From positions 26,095,993 through 26,132,077 of the forward strand of contig NC_068996.1 of assembly GCF_001194135.2 (NCBI RefSeq): DNA of 36,085 bases, in the 5' to 3' direction. Below are positions 22,935 to 36,030 of this stretch, piece by piece. This DNA comes from Octopus bimaculoides. Its lineage: Eukaryota. The position numbers and the translations under genes were made by a program. Position 1 is the first letter of the stretch. Every line of letters begins with the position of its first letter. Under the pieces are notes generated by a model, which saw only the letters and a list, made by a program, of their open reading frames with translations, was not told where the DNA came from and made no database searches.

Positions 22935-24089
22935 TTTGTGAGTAATACTTTTGTGAATAACAATTAAGCATTTGAAGTTGTTGATTTTGTTCCACTTTAT
23001 AAGATTCACTTTGTAAATCATTTGACATGAGCTGCACTTGTTCTGTTTATATATACACACACACATATATATATACATACAAGGAATTTGAATAACACCT
23101 ACGTTTAACTCCATTTATCCATTAATATATATATATAGAAGAAAGCCATTAAATGGGAGAGAGGAAGAAGAACGAAGTAAGAGTGAAAAGGTAGAAGAAA
23201 CGAATAGTCTTAAAGCAAGTTAATCTATGACTTTGTAAGTATCACTTTCTCTCTCTCTCTCTCTCTCTTTTACTCTTATTCTGTATATTATATGTTGAGC
23301 GCGTGATTGATGTGCAAGAACGCCGGTACAGGTAGAAGGGAAGAAATATAAAAGTTGCTAGAAACAACAGCCAAATCTCCCTTAAATTACACAAAGTAAA
23401 TGGAATTTTAAAAATCTAATAACTGCACTGGAAAGTTCACATCGAGAAAATTCCATTGATGTAAAAGTTTTTACGAAAAAGTGGAAAATGTGAATTTCTA
23501 TAAACTTTTAAAAAGGCTTCACACAGATACACAACTTCAGCATTATATATTAAGATGGGCAACACACACACAGTAATTAGAATGAGGTATGTATGTATGC
23601 CTGTATATATGTATGTATGCCTGTATATGTGAGAGTATAGTTTCACTGCAGTAGTCTCAGTATGAAAATGAAACCATTAAAGTGAAAGTATGTCATTATA
23701 GTATCGAAATGTGATTGTTTCAGTTTTGATACTGAAATAGTTTTCTTTTACTGTCAGTGTTTCTCCTTCCTTTCTTTTTGTATTTGTTGTTGGATCGTTC
23801 GTAAAGGTTCATAAGAGAAAGTAGGAGTTGAAAGGATTTGTAAAGGTAGTAGAAAGAGGAAATTAGATTTTATTAGGGGGGGAAATGTTAATTTGTGTAG
23901 TTTTATGAATTTTATTCATAATCAGGAGTTATTTTGACTGAAAAAATGATGCTGTGACCTAACTTATTGCATTTAGAATATTAATTCCGATTCTTTCATC
24001 CAAGAAATTTGGAATTCTGTAAATGTATGAATTTTAAACACACACACACACAAAGAGAAAATCTGCCTTTTATAGATAAGATACACACA

Positions 24090-24245
24090 CACACTAGGCT
24101 TCTTTCAGTTTTCTTCTACTAAATCCATTCATAAGGTTTTAGTCAGCCAACAGCTGTAGTAGAAGACCCTTGCTCACAGTGCCATACAGGCACACATGGT
24201 TAGGAAACAAACTTCTTATCCACTTAACCACATAGCCATGCCTGC
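24090..24245 (-). mobile_element. Family-B SINE 5' half
   Basis: ggcttctttcagttttcttctactaaatccattcataagg...gtagtagaagacccttgctcacagtgcc is homologous to 19395-19550. Confidence 0.75.
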
Positions 24246-24248
24246 ACC

Positions 24249-24284
<36 letters not shown>

Positions 24285-24345
24285 CTGTGAGCGCATTCGT
24301 GTGTGTGTGTGTGTGTAGGAATGTATGTCTATACATGTATGTAAA

Positions 24346-24388
<43 letters not shown>

Positions 24389-25759
24389 GAATGTATGTCT
24401 ATAAATGTATGTAAATGTGTGTGTGTCATGATGAACTGTAAATAAATTGACAGATGTACATCCAATCAACATGCACATGACATTGTTGGACTCCATAGTT
24501 AAACAACTAGGCTCTTTCTCTTCCCCTCTCTGGGATCTATTTATGCATTAATGGTTAAATTACATGCTTATTAAACATACATCTGTAAACTCTTATACAA
24601 TTTACCTATGTCTGTATTTTAAATATATATTTCTATTATTGGTGCATTAAGTGTTTTGTTTCAGAACTTTACTACTCAGTATATCTATAGATCATTTGAT
24701 TATCCAATTATACCTATAGATTATTTAACCAGCATGGTATGAAATAAATATAAAGACTTCATTTATAAATAAAGTACCCTGACAGGCAGAAAAAGAGGTA
24801 TCAACTGAACTAGTTTTAATCCTGTGTAGGAATTTTATCAGCAACTGAATATTTTCCTTTCACCACGGCTCTCGGATAAAGCATCTTTTTCAAGTTTCCT
24901 TGGCTTCTAATCATTCATATTCATAATCATTTATTGTCTGTCTTACAAGCTAGCTTTGGTTGGATAAGTCAACAGAATCCAACAAACTAGAAGACTGCGC
25001 CATGCTCTGGTTTGGCATGGTTTCTACAGTCAGGTGCCCTCCCTAATGTGTAACGGGTGCTTTATGGAACTAGCACTAATGAGGTTTAACAGATCTGTTA
25101 CCCTTGTTGAAAAGTATTTTTTATAAGATTGTATGGGAAAGGGCTGAGTCCATGACCTTTAGTGACTTTCTAAAGCAACTGAGATTGGTTTTGTCTAAGG
25201 CCATTTGTTGATTAGGGCTTGACTATAAATTTGCATCTGTATACAAAGGTCTGAGCAAGGTCTTTTGTGAAGGACTGGCAGTTGCTGATGTGCTCCACAG
25301 CAACAATGTTGTCTGAGAGGAAGGTCATTGCTAAAGGCAAGACAGAAGTTGGCAGTAATGTCTCCATGGGCACCGCTGCCAAAATGTAAAAAGTGAGGAC
25401 AGTTACTCTCGCCAAACCTCTGTGCTGGATAGGCACTTTCCTTGAAAAGATGAAAAACAAAATTGATCTTGCAAGGATTTGAGCATGAAATGTAAATAGT
25501 TGATGCAAATACCACATGGCATTGTATCTAGTGTTCTACTGACCCTAATCAATTCATTGCCAGGACATGGTCAATAACAGCCTAAATATATGTAGGTCAA
25601 TCTCTGAATAAAAGACATGTGAGCAAACCAGGGCTTTTGGTATGAAATATTGCAACAGAATCATCTATGTTGAAGATATCTGAGAATCAAATGATAGAGC
25701 TAAATGGACATCTAAACACACACTACCAATATGAAGGGGACAGGGAACTAAAGTTGGTG

Positions 25760-26204
25760 TATATGAAGAGTGTGTGTGTGTGTGTGTGTGTGTGCGTGAG
25801 AGAGGGAGAGTGTGTGTAGGGAGAGAGGGAGAGAAATGGGAGAGACAAAGAGAGAAAAAAGAAGTGTGGGTGTATAGTGTAGGGGAGAATGTGTATGTGT
25901 GTATGAAGAGTGCGTTATATGCGTGTAGAGTATATGTGTATGTGGATAGTGTGTGTATGGAAAGTGTGTGGAAGGGGGCTGTAGGGTGGTATGATGCATC
26001 TAAGTGGACTGCGTGCAGATGGAAACTGTATATGCGGAATATGTACAGACAAATGTGTGGAATTTATGTATGCTGAATGTGTGCGTTGCGTACATGTATA
26101 TAGAAAATGTGTCTGTATGTGTGGAGTGTTGTTGAGTGAGCAAGTAAATGCATAAATGTGTAGATTACATGTGAGCGTGAATGAGTGTGTATGAGAGAGA
26201 GAGA

Positions 26205-26250
<46 letters not shown>
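25760..26250. repeat. Degenerate (GT)/(GA) low-complexity tract
   Basis: Direct reading; it explains the V/C/Y- and H/T-rich ORFs. Confidence 0.85.
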
Positions 26251-26724
26251 AGCTGTCAGAATCAATGTTAACAATTTTGACATATTGCAGTAGTTTGGTG
26301 AGAAACGTAGTATAAGAGTTTAAGGCGGCAGTGCAGCCTGACTAACATTATCTGTCATTAAATTTTTGGTGGCAACCTATATTTCACTCCATCTATAATT
26401 TACCAATAACACCTTTGAGAAAGGCATGCACATCACACACTCACACAAAAACTCATCTCTCTACCACTGCCACCCCAGTCTTATCGTATGCACCATGCTC
26501 CCACCCATCTCACACAAAACTCGTACCTTGTGCCTATATGTATGAGATCAATATAATGCAGTATTTACTGGTACAACCTGACAGCGAATAATACAGAGAA
26601 GATCAATATGTTATTGAAAGACCATGCTGTAAAAATGGTTTATAAATCTTTGTTTGAAGCAGCTGTACAAATTAATACTTTCAAATTTAAAATGCCTTAA
26701 AAAACTTAAAGAATAAATGACTAT

Positions 26725-27440
<716 letters not shown>

Positions 27441-27780
27441 GTCTCATCCAATATCAAAATGGATCACTTCAGTGGAATAGTGGAATGATTAAAAAATTAT
27501 GAAACTTTTCACATGAAACCATTTGTAGCATTGTTAATCCACTAATATAGAATATATTTATCCAGCAAACCACCAGATGCAGTGTTGGGCACTCATTCTC
27601 ACTGTTCACCACTATCAAATAAATTTTATATGTGTGCCTGTTTATGTGTATGTTTGTGTACACATACGAATATAAATATATATTTATACATACATATATG
27701 AACAAATATATATATACAAATAAATACACACACATACCACACATAAATAAAAATGTATAGATACATATATATATCACTGT

Positions 27781-28930
27781 ATCAACCAGACTATGTTGTC
27801 ACACATTGCTGGTCACAATGTGCTTCCAATTCTTCCTTGAATGTGCCATACTTTTCCACCTTCACCCAAATCATTTAAGTAAATCATCATCCCATCATCA
27901 CAGAGGCCTTCCGAATAGCCTTTCTTGATCTCTTGAATACCATTCAGCAACTGCATGGATGCATCTGTTGGCAGTGAAAATTGTGACATTTCTGGCAAAG
28001 CAGAACTTGTGCTTTCAGCATTTTGAATTATGTTGTTCACTCTGCAGCATTCTCTACCTCATTTCCAATATGCTTTCACAATGATATTACTAGCATGGAT
28101 ATTTCAGTTGCCCTTTGTATCATAGCTAATTTGTGTTTCCCTCTTTAGGAGCCTGCATCTCAAATGCATATAAGACCAGAGATAGACTGATGCATTTGAA
28201 GAGTCTGGCGCATGATCTTGTCCATCTTTGCTTTGAGTACAATACTTCACTGAGGCAAGTGCCTTCAATCCTACCTTTATTCTCTTTGAAGCTACATTTT
28301 CAGATTGCATGTATTTTGTTTCCATGCAGTTCATTTTAGGGCCAACAACTGAGCTGTCCAGCTCTATAAGCACATTCTGCAGCAGATTTGTAAGTTTGGT
28401 GATGAGTTCAATGTCAACTGCAAATACAGGTGTGTTAGTAGTTATTTATCCAGTCAATGTCTTTCATGACCACTTCTAGATATGCAGTGGAGAATTTTAG
28501 AGAGATGGTATCTCCTTTCACACCTTTCCTAATTAGAGCTCTTACTGGTGGAGATAGGAAAGCTATGTCAATGGGGCCCCCAGTGTTCTCATCCCTCAGC
28601 AGTTTGGTGTATTGTGCCTCAACACCTTGTATTTCTATAGATTTTAGCATTGCATTCATCTCATTGAAGGTCTTTCCATAGTGGGCAAAAGCAATGCACA
28701 GAGGCGGCTTAACATCTCTGTTGTTACGCAATCTTTTCTTGGAGTTTTCTCTTCTTCTATCAGCTTGAGGGCATTTTCAGTTTCTCCGACCAGAATGTCT
28801 ACATTTGTGGCAGTGAAGGATCAAGCTTTACTGATGATCTAAAAAGGTTGGTGTAGAAAGCTTTGTATGCCTTTTACATCTCTCCTCTGTCGCTTTGAGC
28901 CCATCCTTGTTCTTAAGCTCTCTCCTATAT
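27781..28930 (-). mobile_element. Decayed RTE-clade LINE (RT to 3' end) with internal deletion
   Basis: PLCIAFAHYGKTF (cf. PLC.AF.DYEKAFD), QGVEAQY, IRKGVKGDTISLK (cf. I.KGVRQGDTISPKLF), VGPKMNCMETKYM (cf. VGLKMN..KTK.M). Upstream FYTNLF...GKDCVTTEML. Confidence 0.9.
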
Positions 28931-28969
28931 TATTTTTAGATTTTTCCTTTCACCTGCATTAACTTTTTA

Positions 28970-29040
<71 letters not shown>

Positions 29041-29123
29041 CAACGTTATTTAAAACTGAATCAAACTGTTTAAATAATATATGTAGTTCCTTTTTATTTC
29101 ATTTGTCCACTCCCTCGTTTGAA

Positions 29124-29155
<32 letters not shown>

Positions 29156-29539
29156 TGTGTGTGTGTGTTTAAGAAAAGAGATGACAAAGGAATAAATGAT
29201 TATTTTATGAACTTACTAATGACATTCATAAGATAATTGCTTACTCCTTTGTCATCTCTTTTCTTATTACTGCACTGTATTCAACTAACGCTTTGTTCTG
29301 AGGCTTACGTATATTGAGTTCTACACCAGGTTATTAATATCACAATTCTTTGACAGGATTCAGCAAACCTCAGGCTCTGTCTACTTTGGTATGGTATATG
29401 CATAAAGAAAACAAAATGTGTGTGCGTGCAAGAGAGAGTGTGTATGTAAGTGTGTGAAAATATACATATTAAATACCAAATACCTAAACAAGAAACTAAT
29501 CCAGTATACTTAGCAAGGGGTGAGACAGAAAAGACATTC

Positions 29540-29960
29540 TAAGACATGCAGATCAGAGGCATGTGGTGTTCTGCCTTGCTAGACAGTGTAAACCAAATGT
29601 TGTTGGGGAGGAGTGTGTATTGAATGATAATGGCACACTTGCTCTCACAGATACTGATAAGAAAGAGAAATGGGAATGTTACTATGAAAAGCTGAAAATG
29701 GAAAATGCATGGGAGAGGGAGGGAGAGAGGCTACCCCATGCAGACTCAACAGAGGGACCAGCCATCCAAGTTGACAGTGGCATGTTAGGTAGAATAATAA
29801 GGGACATGAAAGTAAGGAAAGCAGCTATCAGGGATAGTTGCCAAGATGCTTAAAATATCTGGTAAAGTAGGGTATGCAGTAGTCATTCAAACAGCAAATA
29901 AAGGCTACTATTAGACTTGATATCTAGTAGTGCAATATCATTGTAAACAGTAGCATTGAG
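29540..29960 (+). mobile_element. RTE-clade LINE fragment (pre-RT region)
   Basis: VFCLARQC..NVVGEECV..NGTLAL..KKEKWECYYEKL..EN.WE..LP..D.TEGPAI.VD..M..KAA; homologous to the minus-strand copy at 35401-35850. Confidence 0.85.
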
Positions 29961-30159
29961 CCATCATGTACAGCAAGCTTTTCATTTGAAGGTTCAACAG
30001 TAAATATCAATAGCTTTGAAAATATTCATTGTGCCTGCAACAATGCAACGAGTTTCTGTCATATCTTCATCTTACCATTCTACAAATGTGTTTTATTAAC
30101 AAACCACAACATCGAAAAAACTTTTATGCCATAGGTGACAGGTTCATTTGGCTTTGCTG

Positions 30160-31500
30160 GTCAGTATGGTAGATAGAGCTATAAGAGATTCGAAGACCAT
30201 CAGGAATAATTGTCAAGATGTTTAAAGTATCTTGAAAAGTAGGGTACAGGATAGCCACTCAAACAGTAAATCAAGAAATACAAGATGTCACATCCAATGA
30301 CAGGTGTTGCAGTATCATTGTAAACTGCATTGAAGAGTAAGGGAGATCCATTCAAAAGCAGTAACCACAGAGGAATAAAAAATGTTGGACTATGGTTGTG
30401 AAAATTACAGAAAAAGTTATTACAAAACTGATGAGGAATAGGATTAGTCTAGCTGAGGTGCAGTTTAGTACTGTCCCATAAAGAGGCATCACTGAATATG
30501 GGGTGCCATGAAGGGGCAGCACATATTCATTGTAAGACAACTGCAAATGGAATACGTAGCTAAGAACTCCTCTTTGATAGAGTTCAGCATTCTGTGATTT
30601 AGTGGTTACTAAGGAAACTAGGAGTAGCTGAGTGGCATGCGTACAATCTATATATGAAGGGAAGTCAGAAAGATGATAGTCAGCAGTGATTTCACAGATG
30701 AATTTAGTGTGCTGGTAAGGGTACATCAGACGTGAAAGCAAAATACAGATCTGAAAGTCTTTAAAGTAAACATAGTAAAAACAAACATTTTAGTAATTAG
30801 GAAGCAAATCAAAAGTTGGCAGAAATTCAGTAAGGTGTGCCCAGTGTAAAAAACAAAACACAAAAAGTTGCAGGGGGATCAAAAACAGGCTAACAGAGAA
30901 GGTAGCTTTCAGATGGAGTAGGTGCACTGGAGCAGTAAGCACTAAGAATTTTCTGGAAATAAATTCTATCAAATACCCAAATGACTCCCTAGATAGCTTT
31001 TACTAGTAATGGTGTGGGGTGGATGTTCCTAAAGTGTTGTGGACTGAGTAAGAATCGGTTGGTGAAAGTTCAGGGAAGTATTTACTTTGCTGGCAACAAA
31101 CAGCTTATCCTTCAAAATCAAGGGTAGATTGTTTGATGCTTGTGTACAAAGTGCACTGCTGCATGAGTATATGCTATGAGTGCAGAAAACATGCAAACGT
31201 TGGAAAGAAATGTAGCAACCAGGCTTTACTGAACGTACTATATTAGTGTGCATAAACAACACAGTGTAAATGAATTGAGAGTTGGCATATGTGGAATCAA
31301 ATGTAGAGTGCAAAAGAGGAGACTGCAATGGGTGCATTATGTAGATGGAGGATAAAGATGCATAAAGTGATGCCAAGTTCTCAAAATGGTAAAAGGAGAC
31401 CAAGGCAGACTTGAGATCAGGTGATGAAAAATGATTTCAAGATGATGCATCTTATAAAGGATGCCATGTTGGATGGCAATACACAATGCACAGTAAACCA
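30160..31500 (+). mobile_element. RTE-clade LINE RT to C-terminus, decayed
   Basis: Broken frames give MVDRAIRD, SNHRGIK, GRNSVRCAQC, RCTG, GKYLLLLATNSLSFKIKGRLFDACVQSALLH and RRLQWVHYVDG. Same family as 34340-36030. Confidence 0.85.
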
Positions 31501-31509
31501 GACAATGTA

Positions 31510-32150
31510 TGCTTGCTGAAATATTGGGTAAATGCATGCACCTCATCACTGCCTATAGTTTTGTGCATGCATATCTTATGCATATTGCACATTCTATACC
31601 CTCACAGCTACCATCAACCTTGACCCCTTATTCTCCAAATCACGGCACCTATTCTGTAGCCTCCTCTCATCTCCCAATAATTTATTCTACTCATCAAGCC
31701 ATGTCACCCATATTTATACATATTGAACATCTCCTTTTCTCATACCACTACCACCGATATCCTGCTGTGCGTTCTTTCTGATTCCACTCTAATTAGGATG
31801 CTTGGGATTGCTCTCTGGCAACCTTTACCCACCTATCTTGATTCCCTTGCCAACACATTCACTTGGATATGTTACCTCTAGGATATGCTCTGGCCCCACG
31901 TCATCATCTCTTTCTCTCCTCAATACACCACTTTACTCTCCCCTGTATAATGTGGAGTGACACTGCACCACCTCCATCTCAACTAACCTAACTCTTCTAT
32001 CACTATAACTCTTTCCCTCACTAACACCCTTGAAACTAATTTCCATTTTCCCTAACACTACCCCTGTTAGTCTCTCTCCCACCACACTCTCTCAACAACA
32101 AACCTGGATAACTCCTGTATACCGTCAAGGACCCTGATGAAAGGTCCAAT
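31510..32150 (+). other. Unassigned C/T-rich repeat-like segment, possibly a decayed Penelope-like 3' region
   Basis: Strong C/A/T skew ending in ccctgatgaaagg. No convincing protein motif was recovered; the Penelope assignment is a guess. Confidence 0.25.
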
Positions 32151-32524
32151 GCATGCAGATAAGGCAGACTGAATGAACCAAACACATCACTAGATCCAAC
32201 TGTTCAACCCACTCCATCACCTTTGCCACTCTGCTCATCCCCTCTCTCTCCCGATAAACCCTAAACATTTCTCTTCACTTTCCTTTCTCCTCTGGCTCTG
32301 TCATTCCCACACCAACACTAATCCTGTTGTTACTCTCTTGGTTATCATCCTCTTAAAACAATAAATAATTACTATCCATTATATGGACATTCTTTCCTTT
32401 AGCAAGCTGCATCATGACCTCGACAGTAATAGACTGTCATGCTGATAGGTTACATAAGCTCCTGGCTGTTGCACTTAGAGATGTGTAGTGCACCTTCATC
32501 GAATTCTCGTTTTTATGTAAGATG

Positions 32525-32940
32525 ACTGAACATCAGTTGTCAAGCAATGGTGGGGGAAAAAACACAGACACACAAAGATATACACTTATACATATCTATA
32601 CATATATCTGCAACGGGCGTAATTCAGTTTCTTATTTCTTTATTGCCCACAAGGGGCTAAACATAGAGGGGACAAACAAGGGGATTAAGTCGATTACATC
32701 GACCCCAAAAGGATGAGAGGCAAAATCGACCTCGGCGGAATTTGAACTCAGAACGTAACGGCAGACAAAATACCGCCATGCATTTCCCCTGGTGTGCTAA
32801 TGTTTCTGCCAGCTCACAGCCTTTCAGGGCGTACTTCAGTTTCTGTCTACCAGATCGACTCACAATACATTGGTTGGCCCAAGGCTATAGTAGAAGATAC
32901 TTGCTCAAGGTGCCATGCAGTGGGACCATAACAGGAACCA
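32525..32940 (-). mobile_element. Family-B SINE containing a nested family-A SINE (32633-32826)
   Basis: The host SINE is split after caacgggc. The insert carries gaatttgaactcagaacg (B box on minus) and ttctgccagctcac (head on minus), flanked by an 18-bp direct repeat. Confidence 0.85.
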
Positions 32941-33152
32941 CACACACACACACACACACATACATAGATATACACATACATACATACATACATCTGCAAA
33001 CATGCATAAATATATATACACATATATATATTCATACTTATATTTAATATATATATACATATACACATACATATATATAAATATATATATATATGTACAC
33101 ATATACACACACGCATATATATTCATACATACATTTATATATATATATATAT
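32940..33152. repeat. (CA)n/(TACA)n/(TA)n microsatellite tract
   Basis: Direct reading. Confidence 0.95.
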
Positions 33153-33536
33153 ATCATAAATATAAGGGATTAGCAATTGAGTTGCTTCTCCAACATACTG
33201 AAAATTTAGAAATAGCAGTCAAAGAACTACTGATTCTAAACTACACCGTGAATTTTTTTTAGAGACACTTTCAAATTTATCCGAATATTTGGGCTGAAGA
33301 TTGGAATAGTGAAATTTTCATTCACTTAACCATGAAACGATTCGTACCCAATTAACTAAAGGCTTGTTTTGTTTGTGCTTTTCCCTCCGGTTTTTTGTTC
33401 TATGTGTGCCATAAATATCGCCATCCGTTTTTGGAGAAAACTTTGTAGTTTAGAATCAGTAGTTCTTTGACTGCTATTTCTAAATTTTCAGTATGTTGGA
33501 GAAGCAACTCAATTGCTAATCCCTTATATTTATGAT
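33153..33536. repeat. Perfect 93-bp inverted repeat with 198-bp spacer (candidate MITE/foldback, or artefact)
   Basis: 33153-33245 is the exact reverse complement of 33444-33536, checked base by base. Confidence 0.9.
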
Positions 33537-33539
33537 GAT

Positions 33540-33549
33540 AGATCGGAAG
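33540..33549 (+). other. Illumina adapter remnant AGATCGGAAG at contig end
   Basis: Exact match to the first 10 nt of the Illumina adapter AGATCGGAAGAGC, immediately before an N gap. Confidence 0.8.
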
Positions 33550-33628
33550 NNNNNNNNNNNNNNNNNNNNNNNNNNNNNNNNNATATATATATATATATAT
33601 ATATATACAGACATACCTATGCATACAC

Positions 33629-33679
<51 letters not shown>

Positions 33680-33719
33680 CACACATGCATACATACATAC
33701 ATATACATGCATATAAACA

Positions 33720-34000
33720 TGAGTGTGGTCATGCCAGTGCCACAGGATTGGCTCCTGTGCAGATGGCACGTAAAAAGCATCATTTCAGCATGGCCGATGC
33801 TAGTACCGCATAACTGCTCTCGTGCCAGTGGCACGTAAAAGCTCCCACTAGACTCACGGAGTGGTTGGCATTAGGAAGGGTATATCACTGTACAAATTCT
33901 GCCAGATCATACTGGAGCTTGGTGCAGCCCTCTGGTTAACCAGGTCTCAGTCACACCATCCAACCCATGCCAGCATGGAAAACGGATGTTAAACAAAGTT
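33720..34000 (+). mobile_element. Retroposon 3' end with internal tandem subrepeats
   Basis: ggcacgtaaaa occurs twice about 66 bp apart, followed by gagtggttggcattaggaaggg...ccaacccatgccagcatggaaaacggatgttaaac (reverse of the 891-1120 family). Confidence 0.8.
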
Positions 34001-34339
34001 GATAATGCTGATAGTACATACAAACATATATATNNNNNNNNNNNNNNNNNNNNNNNNNNNNNNNNNNNNNNNNNNNNNNNNNNNNNNNNNNNNNNNNNNN
34101 NNNNNNNNNNNNNNNNNNNNNNNNNNNNNNNNNCATTTAATTTAAATAGAAGGATAAACATAGTGCAGAATAATTATAATAAAAAGATAAAGTCTCCTAC
34201 AGCTGTGTCTAGAATAACCAAACATGTGGATCATGATATTTAGTAAGAATTCTACATAAGCTAGATATTCCATCCCTGGAGAGAAATAAGAAAATATAGA
34301 AATAAAGAATATCTCCAATCAAAGATATTAGTATTTTAC

Positions 34340-36030
34340 AGCTTGTCAAGAAATGAAGGAAGGATCAGAATGAAAAGTATATGCGTTTGGTATATCAAAT
34401 GTATATACTTTTCAGAGCATGCTGGTTTCATTTTCTTTGTAGCCTTTGCAAGTATTTTGCATTGAAGAGTCCATGTCTCATTACCTTGCATCATAGCATT
34501 TCTAATGTAATAGCTAGCATATCCTTCACTGTGTGGGAAAAGCCCTCTGTTACCAGCAGAGATAATTGCACTCTGAACTTTTTTCCAGCTTGTTCTTGCC
34601 TCAAAGCTATGTTTTCTGAACAACCACCTCCACAGCTAATTATATCACCCAGATAACAGAAGCCATCCCTATTTCTAGTCAGCCAGCTGACCATTTAAGA
34701 AAATCTATTTCTGATGTACTCTCAATACTGATTTCCCCAGTGCATCTGCCACATATTAAGCTTCTGTTAGTCTGCTGTAATTCCACTACATCTCTTGTGC
34801 ATCCATTGCTTACACTGTGTACAGCAGTACAACATATGCAATCCCTACCGACTCCCTTACTGTACATTGAACAAAGCCATTTCCCTGGCAGTATGAAGAT
34901 CCTGTCTTCTTTTCTGCTTACTAAAACTTTAGTCTTAGCTAAGATGCCTCTCAAGTATATGTTTTGTTTCCATATCTGGAATTCCTTCTTTAATTCTGTC
35001 ATAAAATCTGCTATAAGAGGTAGATCATCAGCATATTGTGGTTCCTGCAGATAGCAGGTCTTTAACTCCTCTTCAGTGGCCTGAAGGTTTGGGCTGAATA
35101 GGAGTGGGCTGAGGACTTAACCTTGCTGAATCACAACCTTGAAGCTAAATTCATCTCCAAACTCATTACTGATTGCACCTGTGTATATAGTTTGTACAAT
35201 TCTTACAAGTCATTCATCCACACCTAGTTTCTTTGGTGACCACCAGATTATTGAGCATAACAGCTTGTCAATGAATGACCCTCTTTTATCAATAAATATA
35301 GTAGTTTTTTCTTAGCTAAGAATTTCTTTTGCAGATGCCTTGTTTGGAAAATGGCATCTGTGGGGCCTCTTCCTAGCATAAAGCCAAACTGCATTTCATC
35401 TCAGTCATAGAATATTTGATCAGAAACAGAATTAGTTATTTCTGTGACCTTCATAACCTGATCCAACAATCTGATACCATTGTAATTTCCTCTCTTTAAA
35501 GTATCTCTTTTCTCCTTGTAGCAGTTTATGATGGTACTGCTACACCATTGATTGGATAGGACACCTTCTTGTATTTGAGAGACTGGCATATATTCTAACA
35601 CACCAGATATTTTAAGCATCTCCATAAGTATTCCTGATGGACCAGCAGTTTTCCCTACCTTCATATCTTTAATTGCTCTCTCTACTATATTGCTGTCAAT
35701 TTGAATTGTCGGTCCCTCTACTGGATCCACATGAAGTAGATCCTCTTTATCCCTTGCATTCTTTTTTATTCAACATCTAATAGCAGCTCTTCTATTGCTT
35801 CTGTCTTATCATCAGCACTAGGTACAAATATGCTTCTATTATTCCAGATAATACTCCTCCCCATTGATGTTTTAGGTTTCTGTGGCATACATTCTTGCAA
35901 TCTGGAACACCTCATACCTCTGATTCTCATGCTGCAGAACATTTGCAAATCTTTTCTGCATCTCAACAAGCTAAATGTCTGCCACCAAGGTTCTCACCTA
36001 GACATATGCAGCTACAAAATATTGCTTCAC
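34340..36030 (-). mobile_element. RTE-clade LINE, largest fragment in the window (pre-RT to post-RT), decayed
   Basis: DPVEGPTIQID..AIKDMKVGKTAGPSGILMEMLK, GNYNGIRLLDQVMKVTE, DEMQFGFMLGRGPTDAIF, VLSPLLF, QYADD (about 35020-35040), LAKTKVL, FCYLGDIISCGGGCSE. Stops and frameshifts are present. Confidence 0.92.

Noticed and set aside
25195-25517. Two overlapping ~100-aa minus-strand ORFs of non-repetitive composition
   Set aside because: Only vague resemblance to non-LTR RT/zinc-finger relics on either strand; no diagnostic motif could be confirmed.
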